Notes: generated by a model not told the origin, from the sequence alone. A stretch of 64,000 nt of DNA from an uncultured delta proteobacterium (GCA_963815115.1 CAWFFN010000005.1:928001-992000); one strand, 5' to 3'. Numbered from the stretch's first letter, positions 27,492-38,478 are shown. Numbers and translations: made by a program.

Positions 27492-30284
27492 ATGATCGTG
27501 AACGCGTTTCGAACTCGGGCGCGGGGCGTCCGGCGGACGATCTCCGGCATTGCGACGCCATTTCTCGGAATCGCGCTCGCTCCGTTGCTCGTCGCGACGG
27601 CGGCGACCCGCGCGGGGGCGGTGCCGAATCCGACGGTCACCGGACCGGTGACCGCGGTGTGCAGCCCGATGTGTCCATCGCCACCGGGACCTGCCAACGG
27701 CATTCACATTCCGGATGCCTTCGACGGCGGCAGCAACCTCCAGGAGTTCATCGACGCCGACTACGTCGAGGAGGAGTTCTTCTTCGAGGGCACCGCGACG
27801 GCCTTCGAGCGCGATCCGGGTGCGCCGGCGTGGGACACGACGGGATTCTGGACCGCGCGGCCGAGCACGACGCTCGCGCCGGCGGCGTACAAGAGCCGCG
27901 TGCTCGTCCACCGGCCGGCCGACCCCACGAAGTTCAACGGGATCGTGGTGCTCGAGTGGTTCAACGAGACCGCCGGGATCGATCTGCCGCCCGACTACGG
28001 CTACTTCCGCACGCAGCTGCGCCGCGAGGGCGCCATCTTCGTCGGCGTGAGCGCGCAGGCGGTCGGCATCAACGGCGGCATCCCGGCCGGCTTCGCCCTC
28101 AAGTCCTGGGACCCGGTGCGCTACGGATCGCTGCTCCACCCCGGCGACAACTACTGCTACGACATCTTCTCCCAGGCCGCGCAGGCGATCCGGAATCCGT
28201 CGGGCCTCAGCCCGATCCCCGCTGACTACCACATCACCGCCATGATCGCAGACGGGGAGTCGCAGTCCGCCGGACGCATGGTCACCTACGTCGACGCCAT
28301 CGCCCCGCTGGCGCAGGTCTTCGACGGGTACTTCATCCACAGCCGCGGCGCTGCCGGGTCCGGCCTCTTCTCGGGCGCCGGAGGCGCGGTGCCCAGCCCC
28401 TCGAAGATCCGGTCCGACGTCCCCCCCGTGCTGGTCTTCGAGACCGAGACCGACACCACGGGTCACTTCAACGCGCGCCAGCCGGACGGTCCCAACTACC
28501 GGCTCTGGGAGCCGGCGGGTACCGCGCACGTCGACAACTACGATTTCACGTTCTTCAACCAGAACGCGGCGACCTCCGAACCCTCGTATCCGCCCACGGT
28601 CTGCAACTTTCCCAACAACATGGCGAACGAGCACTACGTGATGAACGCCGCGCTCTACCACCTGGGCAACTGGATCACCGGCGGCGCGCCTCCTCCGAAC
28701 GCTCCGGCTCCCATCACCGTCGTCAGCGGCGCGATCCAGCGTGACGCGAACAACATCGCGCTCGGCGGCATCCGGCTGCCCGAGATGGACGTGCCGATCG
28801 CGACCCATCAGGGCACGGGCAACACCGGCAGCCCCTTCTGCGTGCTCTTCGGCCGCACCATTCCGCTGCCGGTCCCCGTGAGCTCGCTCTACCCGACCCA
28901 TGACGCCTACGTCACGGCGTTCACCACCGCGACGAACAATCTCCTGACCGCCGGCTTCATCCTCCCGGCCGACGCGGCCGAGACGATCGCAGCCGCGCAG
29001 AGCTCCAGCGTCGGCATCGCCTGTGGCAACGGCGCTCCCGAGGCGGGTGAGGAATGCGACGATGGCAACGTCTCGCCAGGCGACGGCTGCTCCGACACGT
29101 GCACGGTGGAGACGGGCTACTTCTGTACCGGTGCGCCGTCGATGTGCGCGCCGATCTGCGGCGACGAGCTGGTGACCGGCCCCGAGCAGTGCGACGACGG
29201 CAACACCGTGGCCGGCGACGGCTGCTCGGCGACCTGCACGGTCGAACCCGGGTTCAGCTGCATGGGCAACCCGTCCGCATGCGTCGCGATCTGCGGCGAC
29301 GGTCTCGTCGTCGACGGCGAGGTGTGCGACGACGGCAACACGGCCGGCGGCGACGGGTGCGGGGCGGAATGTACGGTCGAGATGGGCTGGAGCTGCGCCG
29401 GCGAGCCGTCCATGTGCGCGCCGATCTGCGGTGACGGGCTGGTCCGCGGCTCCGAAGCGTGCGACGAGGGTGCCGCCAACGGCACGCTTCCGAGCTGCTG
29501 CGCGGCGACGTGCCAGTTCAAGTCCGCCGGCACGACGTGCGACGACGGCAACGCCTGCACGACCGCCGATGCCTGCGACGGCGGCAGCGGCTGCGTCGGC
29601 GGGCCGCCGCCGAGCTGCGACGACGGCAACGTCTGCACCGCGGACTCCTGCGACACGGCGACGGGCTGCGTCCACGACGGCCCGCCACGTGACGGCTTCG
29701 CGTGCGACGATCACGACGGCTGCACGCAGGGCGACGTGTGCTCGAACGGGCAGTGCGCCGGCACCAGCGGTGCCGACTCCGACGGCGACGGCTACTGCGA
29801 CGCCACGGAGACGGCGGTCGGCTGCAATCCCAACGACGCCGCCGAGATCCCGGCGCAGGCGACGACCTACGGCGGTGGGCACTCGGCGGGGGACATCCTG
29901 GTCACCTATCTCGCGCCGGCCGATCGCAAGGTGGCGCGGGCGACCGATCCGAGCTGTGCCGCCACGGGCGCCTGCGCCGCGAATCACTTCTGCACGGCCG
30001 GGAAGATCGCCGATCCGTGCACGGCCAACGCCGATTGCAACCTGCCGGCGAACACCTGCCGGGTGGTCGCGAACTACGGGGCGGCGCCCGATCTGACGGT
30101 CCGGCGTCCGTTCCTGCTGAACCGGACGGTCGTCACGAGCTTCGAGCCGTTGACGCCGGGCTGCTCACGCAAGGTGGACCTGGCGATGGACACGTCGCGC
30201 AAGTCCAACAAGCTGAAGCTCCGCGTGAGCGGGACGGTCGGCGGCCGCAAGCGCAACGACTCGGACACGTTCACCTATCGCTGA
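27492..30284 (+). CDS. Secreted alpha/beta-hydrolase-domain protein (Abhydrolase_10-like) + Myxococcus-type Cys-rich repeats + C-terminal domain
   Basis: Signal peptide; EEEFFFEGTA, FNG.VVLEW.N, GESQSA nucleophile motif, GTAHVD, GGIRLP; CGDG..E.CDDGN...GDGC repeats. Confidence 0.85.
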   Translation: MIVNAFRTRARGVRRTISGIATPFLGIALAPLLVATAATRAGAVPNPTVTGPVTAVCSPMCPSPPGPANGIHIPDAFDGGSNLQEFIDADYVEEEFFFEGTATAFERDPGAPAWDTTGFWTARPSTTLAPAAYKSRVLVHRPADPTKFNGIVVLEWFNETAGIDLPPDYGYFRTQLRREGAIFVGVSAQAVGINGGIPAGFALKSWDPVRYGSLLHPGDNYCYDIFSQAAQAIRNPSGLSPIPADYHITAMIADGESQSAGRMVTYVDAIAPLAQVFDGYFIHSRGAAGSGLFSGAGGAVPSPSKIRSDVPPVLVFETETDTTGHFNARQPDGPNYRLWEPAGTAHVDNYDFTFFNQNAATSEPSYPPTVCNFPNNMANEHYVMNAALYHLGNWITGGAPPPNAPAPITVVSGAIQRDANNIALGGIRLPEMDVPIATHQGTGNTGSPFCVLFGRTIPLPVPVSSLYPTHDAYVTAFTTATNNLLTAGFILPADAAETIAAAQSSSVGIACGNGAPEAGEECDDGNVSPGDGCSDTCTVETGYFCTGAPSMCAPICGDELVTGPEQCDDGNTVAGDGCSATCTVEPGFSCMGNPSACVAICGDGLVVDGEVCDDGNTAGGDGCGAECTVEMGWSCAGEPSMCAPICGDGLVRGSEACDEGAANGTLPSCCAATCQFKSAGTTCDDGNACTTADACDGGSGCVGGPPPSCDDGNVCTADSCDTATGCVHDGPPRDGFACDDHDGCTQGDVCSNGQCAGTSGADSDGDGYCDATETAVGCNPNDAAEIPAQATTYGGGHSAGDILVTYLAPADRKVARATDPSCAATGACAANHFCTAGKIADPCTANADCNLPANTCRVVANYGAAPDLTVRRPFLLNRTVVTSFEPLTPGCSRKVDLAMDTSRKSNKLKLRVSGTVGGRKRNDSDTFTYR
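29151..30284 (+). repeat. Copy 1 of ~1.1 kb duplicated C-terminal cassette (copy 2 at ~32691-33822)
   Basis: Colinear near-identical DNA and protein, e.g. GPxRDGFACDDHxGCTQGDVC, DGDGYCDATETAVGCNP, LPANTCRVVANYGAAPDL, DTFTYR*. Confidence 0.92.
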
Positions 30285-30299
30285 GAAACATCCGGCCGT

Positions 30300-30332
30300 G
30301 GACGAGGGGCGGGGACGACCCGCCTCTCGTCC
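30300..30332 (+). terminator. GC-rich hairpin after stop (GGACGAGGGGCGGG/CCCGCCTCTCGTCC)
   Basis: 14-bp stem incl. G-U pair, no U-tract. Confidence 0.5.
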
Positions 30333-30383
30333 GCTCCGCGCGTCGCCCGCGTGACCGAGCGGTCACGCAGAAAGGATCCCGCG

Positions 30384-33300
30384 ATGACGAAGAATCCGAA
30401 TCCGCCGGCATGGCGTCGGAGCACGAGCGGCCTCGGCACGGGGCTGCTCGCGATCGTGCTCCTCGCGGCAGGCATCGCCCCCGCCGCCGCGGACGAGCTC
30501 GCGATCAACGTCCTCTCGAACCGCGCCGACCTGATCTCGGCCAACAACGCGCTGGTCCAGGTGGCGGTGCCGCCGGACGTTGCCACCGCCGACGTGCGCG
30601 TCGCGCTGAACGGCACGGACGTGACCGGCGCATTCGGCGTCGACGGCAGCGGCCGCTTCGTCGGCGTCGTCACCGGTCTGCAGATCGGCGACAACCACCT
30701 CGAAGCGTTCGTCGCCCCGCCGACGCTCAAGGACGCCGCCGAGATCACCATCACGAACTATCCGATCGGTGGCCCGGTCTTCTCGGGTGCGCAGCTGCTG
30801 CCGTTCATCTGCGCGACGACCGTCGCGACGCCGGTCACCGTGACGGTGCCGAACACGGCGCTCAGCGGGACGGCGACGACCCGGGTGAGCGGCCTCGACG
30901 CCGATCCGGTCGACGCTCAGTGCAACGCGGCGTCGAAGTTCACGCTGTTCTACCAGCCGAAGGCGCTCGAGGGCGGCAGCTGCACGTTCACCACGCCGAA
31001 CACCGCCGGCTCCTGCTTCCAGACCTACGACCCGAACAGTCCGCCGGCGGACGCGGACGTCGCGGATTTCACCAACGACCGGGGCGACACCGTGAAGAGC
31101 ATCATCCTGGTCGAGCGCGGCACCGTCGACCGGGGCATCTACGACCTCGTCACCTTCTACGACCCCGGCCAGCCGAACACGCCGCAGAACCGGCAGCGGG
31201 GCTGGAACGGCAAGCTGCTGTGGTCCTTCGGCGCCGCGTCGGGGCCCCGGCGGTTCGAGCAGCCGCCGAGCGTCAGCGTGTTCGACGCCAGGGCCCTGTC
31301 GCGCGGCTTCATGGTGGCGTCGGGATCGCTCAGCGATCACGACACCAACTCCAACGACACGCTCGCGGCCGAGTTCGTGATGATGGTGAAGGAGCACATC
31401 GCCGAGACCTACGGCGAGATCCGCTACACCATCGGCACCGGGTGCTCCGGGGGTTCGATCCTCCAGTACAACATCGCCGCCGCGTACCCCGGCCTGCTGA
31501 ATGGCATCCAGCCCAACTGCACCTTCCCCGACACCCTCACGACGGCGATGGAGGTGGTGGACTGCGGCCTGCTCGGGGGCCGGTACTACACCGTGGCGCC
31601 CGGCAGTGCGCTCACGACCGCGAAGCGCACCGCCATCAACGGCCACGCCAACGCCAATCAGTGCCTGGCCTGGGTCGGGTCGTTCCTCAACTTCGGCAAT
31701 CCCACGCTCGCCGGCAACTGTGGAAGCGGCTTCCCCACCTCCGTCACCTATGATCCGGTGCTCCGGCCGGACGGCGTGCGCTGCACGACCTTCGACCACG
31801 ATGCGTCGATGCTGGGCACCTTCGTCGACACCGACGGCAACACCAAGGCCCAGTCGCCGCTCGACAACGTCGGCGTCCAGTACGGCCTGCAGGCCCTCGC
31901 CGGAGGCGCCATCACGGCGGAGGACTTCGTCCAGCTGAACGAGGGCGTCGGCACCTTCACGTCGGATCTCGTCTGGGTGCATCCGCAGCGCGGCGTGGCG
32001 TCGATGGACGCGCTCCACACGGTGTACTCCGCCGGGCTCGTGTCCGACGGCTACCAGCTCGCGAAGACCGCGATCATCGATCTCCGCGGCAACCAGGGCG
32101 CCGTCGACATCCACCTGAACTGGCGCGCGCTCGAGGTTCGCGCCCGCCTCGACAACGCGAATGGCAACCACGACAACCAGCTGATCTGGGCCTTCGGCAG
32201 CCCCATCACGCCGGGTGCGGCGCTCGCCCTCAGGTCCTTCCTCACCATGGACGCATGGCTCACGAACATCGAGAACGACGCCAGCAACGACCCGATCGAG
32301 CTCAAGGTGGTGAACGACAAGCCCGTGGGCGCGACCGACATGTGCATCGTGGCCAACGGCGCCACCGACGCGCAGATCGTCGACGTCGGCCTCTCCAATC
32401 CCGCCTGCCCGGTCAAGTTCCAGTCGTCGCCCCGCCAGGTCGCCGGCGGGCCGCGTAGCGAGGACGTCTTCAAGTGTCAGCTGAAGCAGCCCGACTTCGA
32501 CAGCCCCGACTACAACGGCGTGGTGTTCTCGGACGATCAGAAGGCCCGGCTGGCGGCCGTCTTCCCGGACGGGGTCTGCGACTGGACCCTCCCCGGCGTC
32601 GGGCAGGTGCCCTCGGACGGTGGCTCGACCTTCAAGAACGGTCCGGGCGGCGAGCCGCTCGGTGAGGCGCCGACCTCGATGGTGGTCCCGCCGGTGTGTG
32701 GCGACGGAGAGGTGATCGGCGAGGCATGCGACGACGGGAACACGGCCAGCGGTGACGGCTGCTCCGCCACCTGCACCGTCGAGCCCGGCTATGCGTGCAC
32801 CGGAAGCCCGTCCGCGTGCGTCGCCATCTGCGGCGACGGCCTGATCGTCGGCGGCGAGACCTGCGACGACGGGAACACGAGCGGCGGCGACGGCTGCGCG
32901 GCGACGTGCACGGTCGAGGAGGGCTGGACCTGCGCCGGCAGCCCGTCGGCGTGCGCGCCGATCTGTGGCGACGGGCTCGTCCGCGGCGGCGAGGCGTGCG
33001 ACGAGAGCGCCGCCAACGGCACGCTCGGGAGCTGCTGCTCGGCCACGTGCCAGTTCAAGGCCAGCGGCACGGCGTGCGACGACGGCAACGCCTGCACCAC
33101 CGGCGATGCCTGCGACGGCGGCACCAGCTGCGTCGGCGGGGCGCCGCCGAATTGCGACGACGACAACACCTGCACGGTCGACTCCTGCGACACGGCGACG
33201 GGATGCATGCACGATGGGCCCGCGCGTGACGGCTTCGCGTGCGACGATCACAACGGCTGCACGCAGGGCGACGTGTGCGCGAACGGGCAATGCGCCGGGA

Positions 33301-33822
33301 CCAGCGGCGCCGACGCCGACGGAGACGGATACTGTGACGCCACGGAAACGGCGGTCGGGTGCAATCCGGGCGACGCCGCCGAGATTCCGGCGCAACCGAC
33401 GACCTACGGCGGGGGACACGCGGCGGGAGACGTCCTCGTCACCTATCTCGCACCGAAGGACCGCAAGGTGAACAGGGCGACCGACCCGAGCTGTGCGACC
33501 GCGGGCATCTGCGGCGCGAACGGCTTCTGCACGGCGGGCAAGATCGCCGACCCGTGCACGACGAACGCGGAGTGCAACCTGCCGGCGAACACCTGTCGGG
33601 TGGTGGCGAACTACGGGGCGGCGCCCGATCTCGCGGTCCGGCGGCCGTTCAAGCTGAACCGGACGATCGTGACGAGCTTCGAGCCACTGACGCCAGGCTG
33701 CTCGCGCAAGGTGGGATCTGGCGATGGATCAGTCGCACAGGTCCAACAAGCTGAAGATCCAGGTGAGCGGGACGGTCGGCGGCCGGGTGCGCCGCGACAC
33801 CGACACGTTCACCTATCGCTGA
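30384..33822 (+). CDS. Secreted DUF6351/tannase-like hydrolase + Cys-rich repeats + C-terminal domain; +1 G frameshift at 33713-33715
   Basis: LSNRADLIS, TNYPIGGPVFSG, ERGTVDRGIY, WNGKL, GCSGGS, DNVGVQYGL, FPDGVCDW; removing one G restores VDLAMD..NKLKIQVSGTVGGR...DTFTYR* matching the paralog. Confidence 0.85.
32691..33822 (+). repeat. Copy 2 of duplicated C-terminal cassette
   Basis: See copy 1. Confidence 0.92.
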
Positions 33823-33831
33823 GACGGGGGA

Positions 33832-33861
33832 GGAGGGGCGGGCGATGCGGCCCGCCCCTCC
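33832..33861. terminator. Hairpin GGAGGGGCGGGC/GCCCGCCCCTCC between convergent genes
   Basis: Perfect 12-bp stem starting 10 nt after the restored TGA. Confidence 0.6.
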
Positions 33862-33875
33862 GGTCTCCGCGGACG

Positions 33876-35174
33876 TCAGGTGGCCGAGCCGTGCGGCCGC
33901 CGAGCTCGCTCGCCAGAGGTCCGGCCCTGGGCGTCGAGGATGAGGAGCGCGAGATCCACGCGCAGGCGCGCCTCGGGGTCGGCGAGGTCGATGCCGAAAC
34001 GGCTGCGGAGCTGCTTCAGGCGGTAGGTCAGCGTGTGCGGGTGGACCGAGAGCGCCGCCGCCGCGACCTTGACGCGATAGCCGCTCCGGGAGAGGTGGCG
34101 CAGGGTCTCCAGGTAGGCGCGCTGGCCGCTCGGCGTCAGGGGAGCGAGCACGCGCTGTACGAAGGCATCGGCCTCCGGAGAGCCGATGCCGACGAGGTCG
34201 AGCACCGCGAGGTCGGCATAGCGGTGCACCCGCTGCTGGTGACGCAGGATCGTTCCGATGCGAAGCGCACGCAGCGCTTCGCGGGCCGACCGGCGCGCGC
34301 CCGCGAGGTAGCGTGCGGCGCCCCCGAGGCCGACGCGCCGCTCGTCCCCGTGCAGACCCTCGGCGACGGCCTCCAGGTATCTGGCGTCCGGCTCTCCGGG
34401 CAGGAGCGCGACGAAGCCTTCACGGGAGTGGCCGACCCAGGTCGCCGCTTCCGGCATGCGGCTCGCGAGCAGGCGGCGCACGTCGTCGGGCGCGACCGTC
34501 GCGCTTTCCGTCGCCGTGGAGGCCGCCGGACCGAAGATGGCGACCGCGTGCAGCTCGTCGAGCGGGACGCCGAGCGCCCGGGCACGCGCCTCGAGCAGGC
34601 TGTCCGCCGCGTCCTCGGAGAGGAGCAGCTGGAAGAACTCGTCGACGTCCTGCTCCCGGAAGCGTGACAGGCGCTCGCGCTCCTCGACGTAGGACTCCGT
34701 CAGGGCGCTCATCAGCCTCGTCTGATTGGAGAGGATCAGGTCGACCCGTTCGAGGAGCTGGGCGCGCAGGACCGGATCCTGGCCGACGAGCTCGATCAGG
34801 TGCTCCCAGAGCAGCGTGAGGCCCGCCGCGAAGAAGGTGAGGTACTCGCCCAGCGGCGTGCCCTGCGCCGCGCGTTGCCGCGCCATCTGGCGCGAGTGCT
34901 CGAGATCCTCGGAGGTGAGCGCGCGGCCGGCCTGGAGCGTGACGCGGTAGAAGAGCGTGACGTGGTGGAGCACGCTCTCGCGCACCTGGGCGAGGCGGGC
35001 CCTCGGCAGCCGGCGGTAGTGCGGCAGCCGCTTCAGGCAGTGCTCGACGATCAGGCGCGCCCGGGTACGCCGCCCCAGGTACGCACGTCGGATCAGCGCG
35101 AGAAGCTCGGTCGGGACGGTGGCTCGGTCGGCGCGCTGCGCCTCGCGCCGGGTGCTGCGGCCCGCGCCCTCCAT
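33876..35174 (-). CDS. PucR/CdaR family transcriptional regulator
   Basis: RAAQGTPL N-domain; YLETL...AAAALSVHPHTLTYRLKQL HTH; start uncertain. Confidence 0.88.
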   Translation of the reverse strand: MEGAGRSTRREAQRADRATVPTELLALIRRAYLGRRTRARLIVEHCLKRLPHYRRLPRARLAQVRESVLHHVTLFYRVTLQAGRALTSEDLEHSRQMARQRAAQGTPLGEYLTFFAAGLTLLWEHLIELVGQDPVLRAQLLERVDLILSNQTRLMSALTESYVEERERLSRFREQDVDEFFQLLLSEDAADSLLEARARALGVPLDELHAVAIFGPAASTATESATVAPDDVRRLLASRMPEAATWVGHSREGFVALLPGEPDARYLEAVAEGLHGDERRVGLGGAARYLAGARRSAREALRALRIGTILRHQQRVHRYADLAVLDLVGIGSPEADAFVQRVLAPLTPSGQRAYLETLRHLSRSGYRVKVAAAALSVHPHTLTYRLKQLRSRFGIDLADPEARLRVDLALLILDAQGRTSGERARRPHGSAT

Positions 35175-35377
35175 CTGCCGGAGATTGACCCGCGGAGGCG
35201 TGACGGGAAGATCGCTCGGATACGTGCGAGCCGCTGATGCCGTCCCCCTGCGATTTTCGCCACGAGTCATCCAGGCCGACCGGACAACCCGCGATGTACG
35301 CGACGTGCTCGCGGACCGTCAAGGGAAACGATGGCACGCGCGGCGTCGAGCCGCCGGCGAGCCGGCTGCGCGGTCGT

Positions 35378-36274
35378 TCAGCTCGATCGCCTGAGCAATC
35401 CGTCGGACGGCGCGGGCGGAGTCTGCCCGTAATCGTAGAAGCCCCTGCCGCTCTTGCGGCCGAGGAAGCCGCCGAGCACCATCCGGCGCAGCAGGCCGGG
35501 GGCGGCGAAGCGCGCTTCCTTGTACTCCTCGTGCAGGAGCGAGGCCATGTGGAACACGATGTCGAGGCCGATGAAATCGGCCAGCGCGAGTGGTCCCAAC
35601 GGGTGGTTCGCGCCGTTCTGCATGGCGGTGTCGATGTCCGCGATCGAGCCGAGGCCGCGCTCGAGGCAGTCGATGGCGTCGACCATGTAGGGGACGAGCA
35701 GCCGGTTCACGATGTAGCCCGTCGAGTCGGCGACCAGCACGGGCAGCTTGCCGAGCTTGCGCGCGAAGGCCATGCAGGTGTCGATCGTCTCCGACGACGT
35801 GCGCAGCGAGGGCGCCACCTCGACCAGCTTCATGGCGTGCACGGGGTTGAAGAAGTGCAGTCCCACGAAGCGCTCCGGCCGGCGCGTCGCGGCGGCGAGC
35901 TCGGCCACCGTCAGGGTCGACGTGTTGGTCGCGAAGATGGCGTCGTCCTTCACGACGTCGTCGAGCCGCGAGAAGTGCTCGCGCTTCACGGGCAGCTCCT
36001 CGACGATCGACTCGATCACCAGGTCGACGTCGGCCAGGTCGTGGAGGTGGGTGGTCCAGCGGAGGCGCTCGAGCAATGCGCCGTGATCGGCCGCGGTGAG
36101 CTTGCCCTTCTCGAGGTCCTTCTGGAGCTGCTTCTCGACCCTGCCGCGCTGCGCATCGAGAGGGCCCGGCGTCGCCTTGGCCATGTACGTCTCGAAGCCC
36201 GCGCGCGCGGCCGACTGGGCGATGCCGAGCCCCATCTGTCCCGCGCCCAGGACGCCAATTCTGCGAATCTCCAT
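35378..36274 (-). CDS. hbd: 3-hydroxybutyryl-CoA dehydrogenase
   Basis: GAGQMGLGIA, ESIVE, TNTS, GLHFFNP, GYIVNRLL, HPLGPL.LADFIGLD, GRKSGRGFY. Confidence 0.9.
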   Translation of the reverse strand: MEIRRIGVLGAGQMGLGIAQSAARAGFETYMAKATPGPLDAQRGRVEKQLQKDLEKGKLTAADHGALLERLRWTTHLHDLADVDLVIESIVEELPVKREHFSRLDDVVKDDAIFATNTSTLTVAELAAATRRPERFVGLHFFNPVHAMKLVEVAPSLRTSSETIDTCMAFARKLGKLPVLVADSTGYIVNRLLVPYMVDAIDCLERGLGSIADIDTAMQNGANHPLGPLALADFIGLDIVFHMASLLHEEYKEARFAAPGLLRRMVLGGFLGRKSGRGFYDYGQTPPAPSDGLLRRSS

Positions 36275-36381
36275 GTGCAGATCCCCCTCCTGCCGAGGTC
36301 CCGGGGCGATACGACACTCGAGCCGGTGGCGTCAATCGAAGGGCTCTGGTCTTTCGCGCTGCCGCGGTGCTAGATGCCCGC

Positions 36382-38019
36382 ATGGAGAACGAGGTGAGCG
36401 CGATCCTGCCCGCTTTGCGGGCCGTCATGGACAGCGCGCTCGAGAGTGGCCGCCGGCTCACGGAGGGCGGCCGCGCGATCGACGATCACCAGGTGCACGC
36501 CGAGCGGCTGGCTTACGCCGCCACCGAGGTGAAGGCGGCCGAGGCCCTCGCCGCCTACGCCGCGGCACGGCGCGAAGCGGGCGCGTCCGATGCGACCACG
36601 GATGCGATGGCGGGAGCCTTCGCAGGAGAGGTGGCGGCGAAGCTGCGGGGCGCGATCGAGGCCCATCGCGACGACTTCGGCGTCTCCGACGACGTGCTCG
36701 CGCGCACCCTCGCTTCGACCGAGATGAGCAGCGCCGTGCGCGCCGCGCAGCACGAGTCGCGCTTCCGTGCCATCGGTCAGGAGGTGATCCGCACCCGCGC
36801 CGCCAACAACGGCTACATCGACGGCGACCTGGCCGAGATGGCCCGCGACTCCGCGCGTGCCTTCGCCCGCAAGGAGGTCGCCCCGCTCGCGGAGCACATC
36901 CACCGGCACGACGACCTGGTGCCCGAGTCGATCATCAACGCCATGCGGGAGCTGGGCTACTTCGGCATGTCGGTGCCCGAGGAGTACGGCGGCCAGGGCA
37001 TGGGCAACCTGCCGATGATCATCATCACCGAGGAGCTGTCGACGGCGTCGCTCGCCGCCGCGGGCAGCCTGATCACGCGGCCGGAGATCCTCACCAAGGC
37101 GCTGCTGAAGGGCGGCACCGAGGCGCAGAAGCGGCACTGGCTGCCGCCGGTGGCGGCGGGCGAGCTCATGGTCGGCATCTCCGTGACGGAGCCGGACACC
37201 GGGTCCGACGTGGCGTCGGTCCGCTGCCGTGCGGAGCGCGGCGAGCAGGGCGGTGCCGCCGGCTGGTTCATCAACGGCGCCAAGGCGTGGTGCACCTTCG
37301 CGGGCCGCGCCGACGTCCTCGCGCTGCTCGCGCGCACCGATCCCGACGCGACGAAGGGAGCGCGCGGACTCTCGCTCTTCGTCGTGCCGAAGGATTCGTT
37401 CACGGGGCACGAGTTCGAGATGAAGCAGCCGGGTGGGGGAGTGCTGCACGGCAAGGCGGATCGCACGCCGGGCTACCGCGGCATGCACTCCTACACGCTC
37501 GGCTTCGAGCGCTACTTCGTTCCTGCCGCGAACCTGATCGGGGAGGGCGACGGGGAAGGCAAGGGCTTCTATCTCCAGATGCAGGGCTTCGCGGCCGGTC
37601 GCCTGCAGACCGGGGGGCGGGCCAGCGGCCTGGCCCAGGCCGCGCTCGAGGTGACCGCCACCTACGCCGGGGAGCGCAAGCAGTTCGGCCGGCCCATCGG
37701 GGAGTTCCAGCTCACGCAGTACAAGCTCGGCCGCATGGCGACGCACCTCGCCGCCGCACGCCAGCTGACCTACGCGGCGGCGCGCCTGATGGACGGCGAC
37801 GAATCGATCTCCCTCGAGCCCTCCATGTGCAAGCTCTTCGCCTCCGACGTCGCGGTGTGGGTGACCCAGGAGGGGCAGCTCATCCACGGGGGCTGGGGCT
37901 ACGCCGAGGAGTACGCGATCTCCCGCCACGTGGTCGACGCCACGGTCTTGCCGATCTTCGAGGGCGTGAAGCCCATTCTCGAGCTGAAGGTGATTGCGCG
38001 GCAGCTGTTGTCGGGTTAG
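36382..38019 (+). CDS. Acyl-CoA dehydrogenase, methylsuccinyl-CoA dehydrogenase (Mcd)-like
   Basis: ~545 aa with N-terminal extension; ITEELS...GSLITRPEI, TEPDTGSDVAS, GYRGM, IFEG. Confidence 0.85.
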   Translation: MENEVSAILPALRAVMDSALESGRRLTEGGRAIDDHQVHAERLAYAATEVKAAEALAAYAAARREAGASDATTDAMAGAFAGEVAAKLRGAIEAHRDDFGVSDDVLARTLASTEMSSAVRAAQHESRFRAIGQEVIRTRAANNGYIDGDLAEMARDSARAFARKEVAPLAEHIHRHDDLVPESIINAMRELGYFGMSVPEEYGGQGMGNLPMIIITEELSTASLAAAGSLITRPEILTKALLKGGTEAQKRHWLPPVAAGELMVGISVTEPDTGSDVASVRCRAERGEQGGAAGWFINGAKAWCTFAGRADVLALLARTDPDATKGARGLSLFVVPKDSFTGHEFEMKQPGGGVLHGKADRTPGYRGMHSYTLGFERYFVPAANLIGEGDGEGKGFYLQMQGFAAGRLQTGGRASGLAQAALEVTATYAGERKQFGRPIGEFQLTQYKLGRMATHLAAARQLTYAAARLMDGDESISLEPSMCKLFASDVAVWVTQEGQLIHGGWGYAEEYAISRHVVDATVLPIFEGVKPILELKVIARQLLSG

Positions 38020-38052
38020 CCAGAATCCCGGACCTGCGTCGTCTGATTCCCG

Positions 38053-38478
38053 ATGCAACGCCTGCTCGCCGATGTCGGCACCATCGCCCAGCTTGCGCAG
38101 CGCAGCCTCGTCGGGGGTACGGTACATGGATACTGGCGCGACATCGATGCGCACTGCGAGAGCGACGGTACGAGCGCATTGATGGTGCGCGGGGTTGCGG
38201 GCGCGGTCTACGCGGCGCTGCTTCCGATCGTCCCGCTCATGGCCGCGCGGCGTCGCTGGCTCGTCGGCCGAGCCCTCGAGGCGGTGGTGCGCGCCATCGT
38301 CGCCGGGGTCGAGGTCCCGATTGCCGTCAACCGCGCCGTCGGATGGCTCGCACGCAGGGGGCTGGACGCCGTCCAGGCCCGCGCCGACCTCGAGCGCCTG
38401 CTCTCCGGCTTCCTGTCGTCGCGGACGACGTCCACCGCCGCCGCCGACACGGCCTCCGGGCTCAAGTCGGCCGGGTGA
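38053..38478 (+). CDS. Hypothetical protein
   Basis: Fills gap between dehydrogenase and ilvD; no recognisable motif. Confidence 0.4.
   Translation: MQRLLADVGTIAQLAQRSLVGGTVHGYWRDIDAHCESDGTSALMVRGVAGAVYAALLPIVPLMAARRRWLVGRALEAVVRAIVAGVEVPIAVNRAVGWLARRGLDAVQARADLERLLSGFLSSRTTSTAAADTASGLKSAG

Noticed and set aside
29020-29700. Regularly spaced DNA repeats (TGCGACGACGGCAAC) resembling a CRISPR array
   Set aside because: They are codon-degenerate Cys-rich protein repeats inside a CDS; no cas genes are present
33823-34667. C-terminal extension of the 1438-aa ORF
   Set aside because: Artefact of the +1 G frameshift; antisense to the PucR regulator
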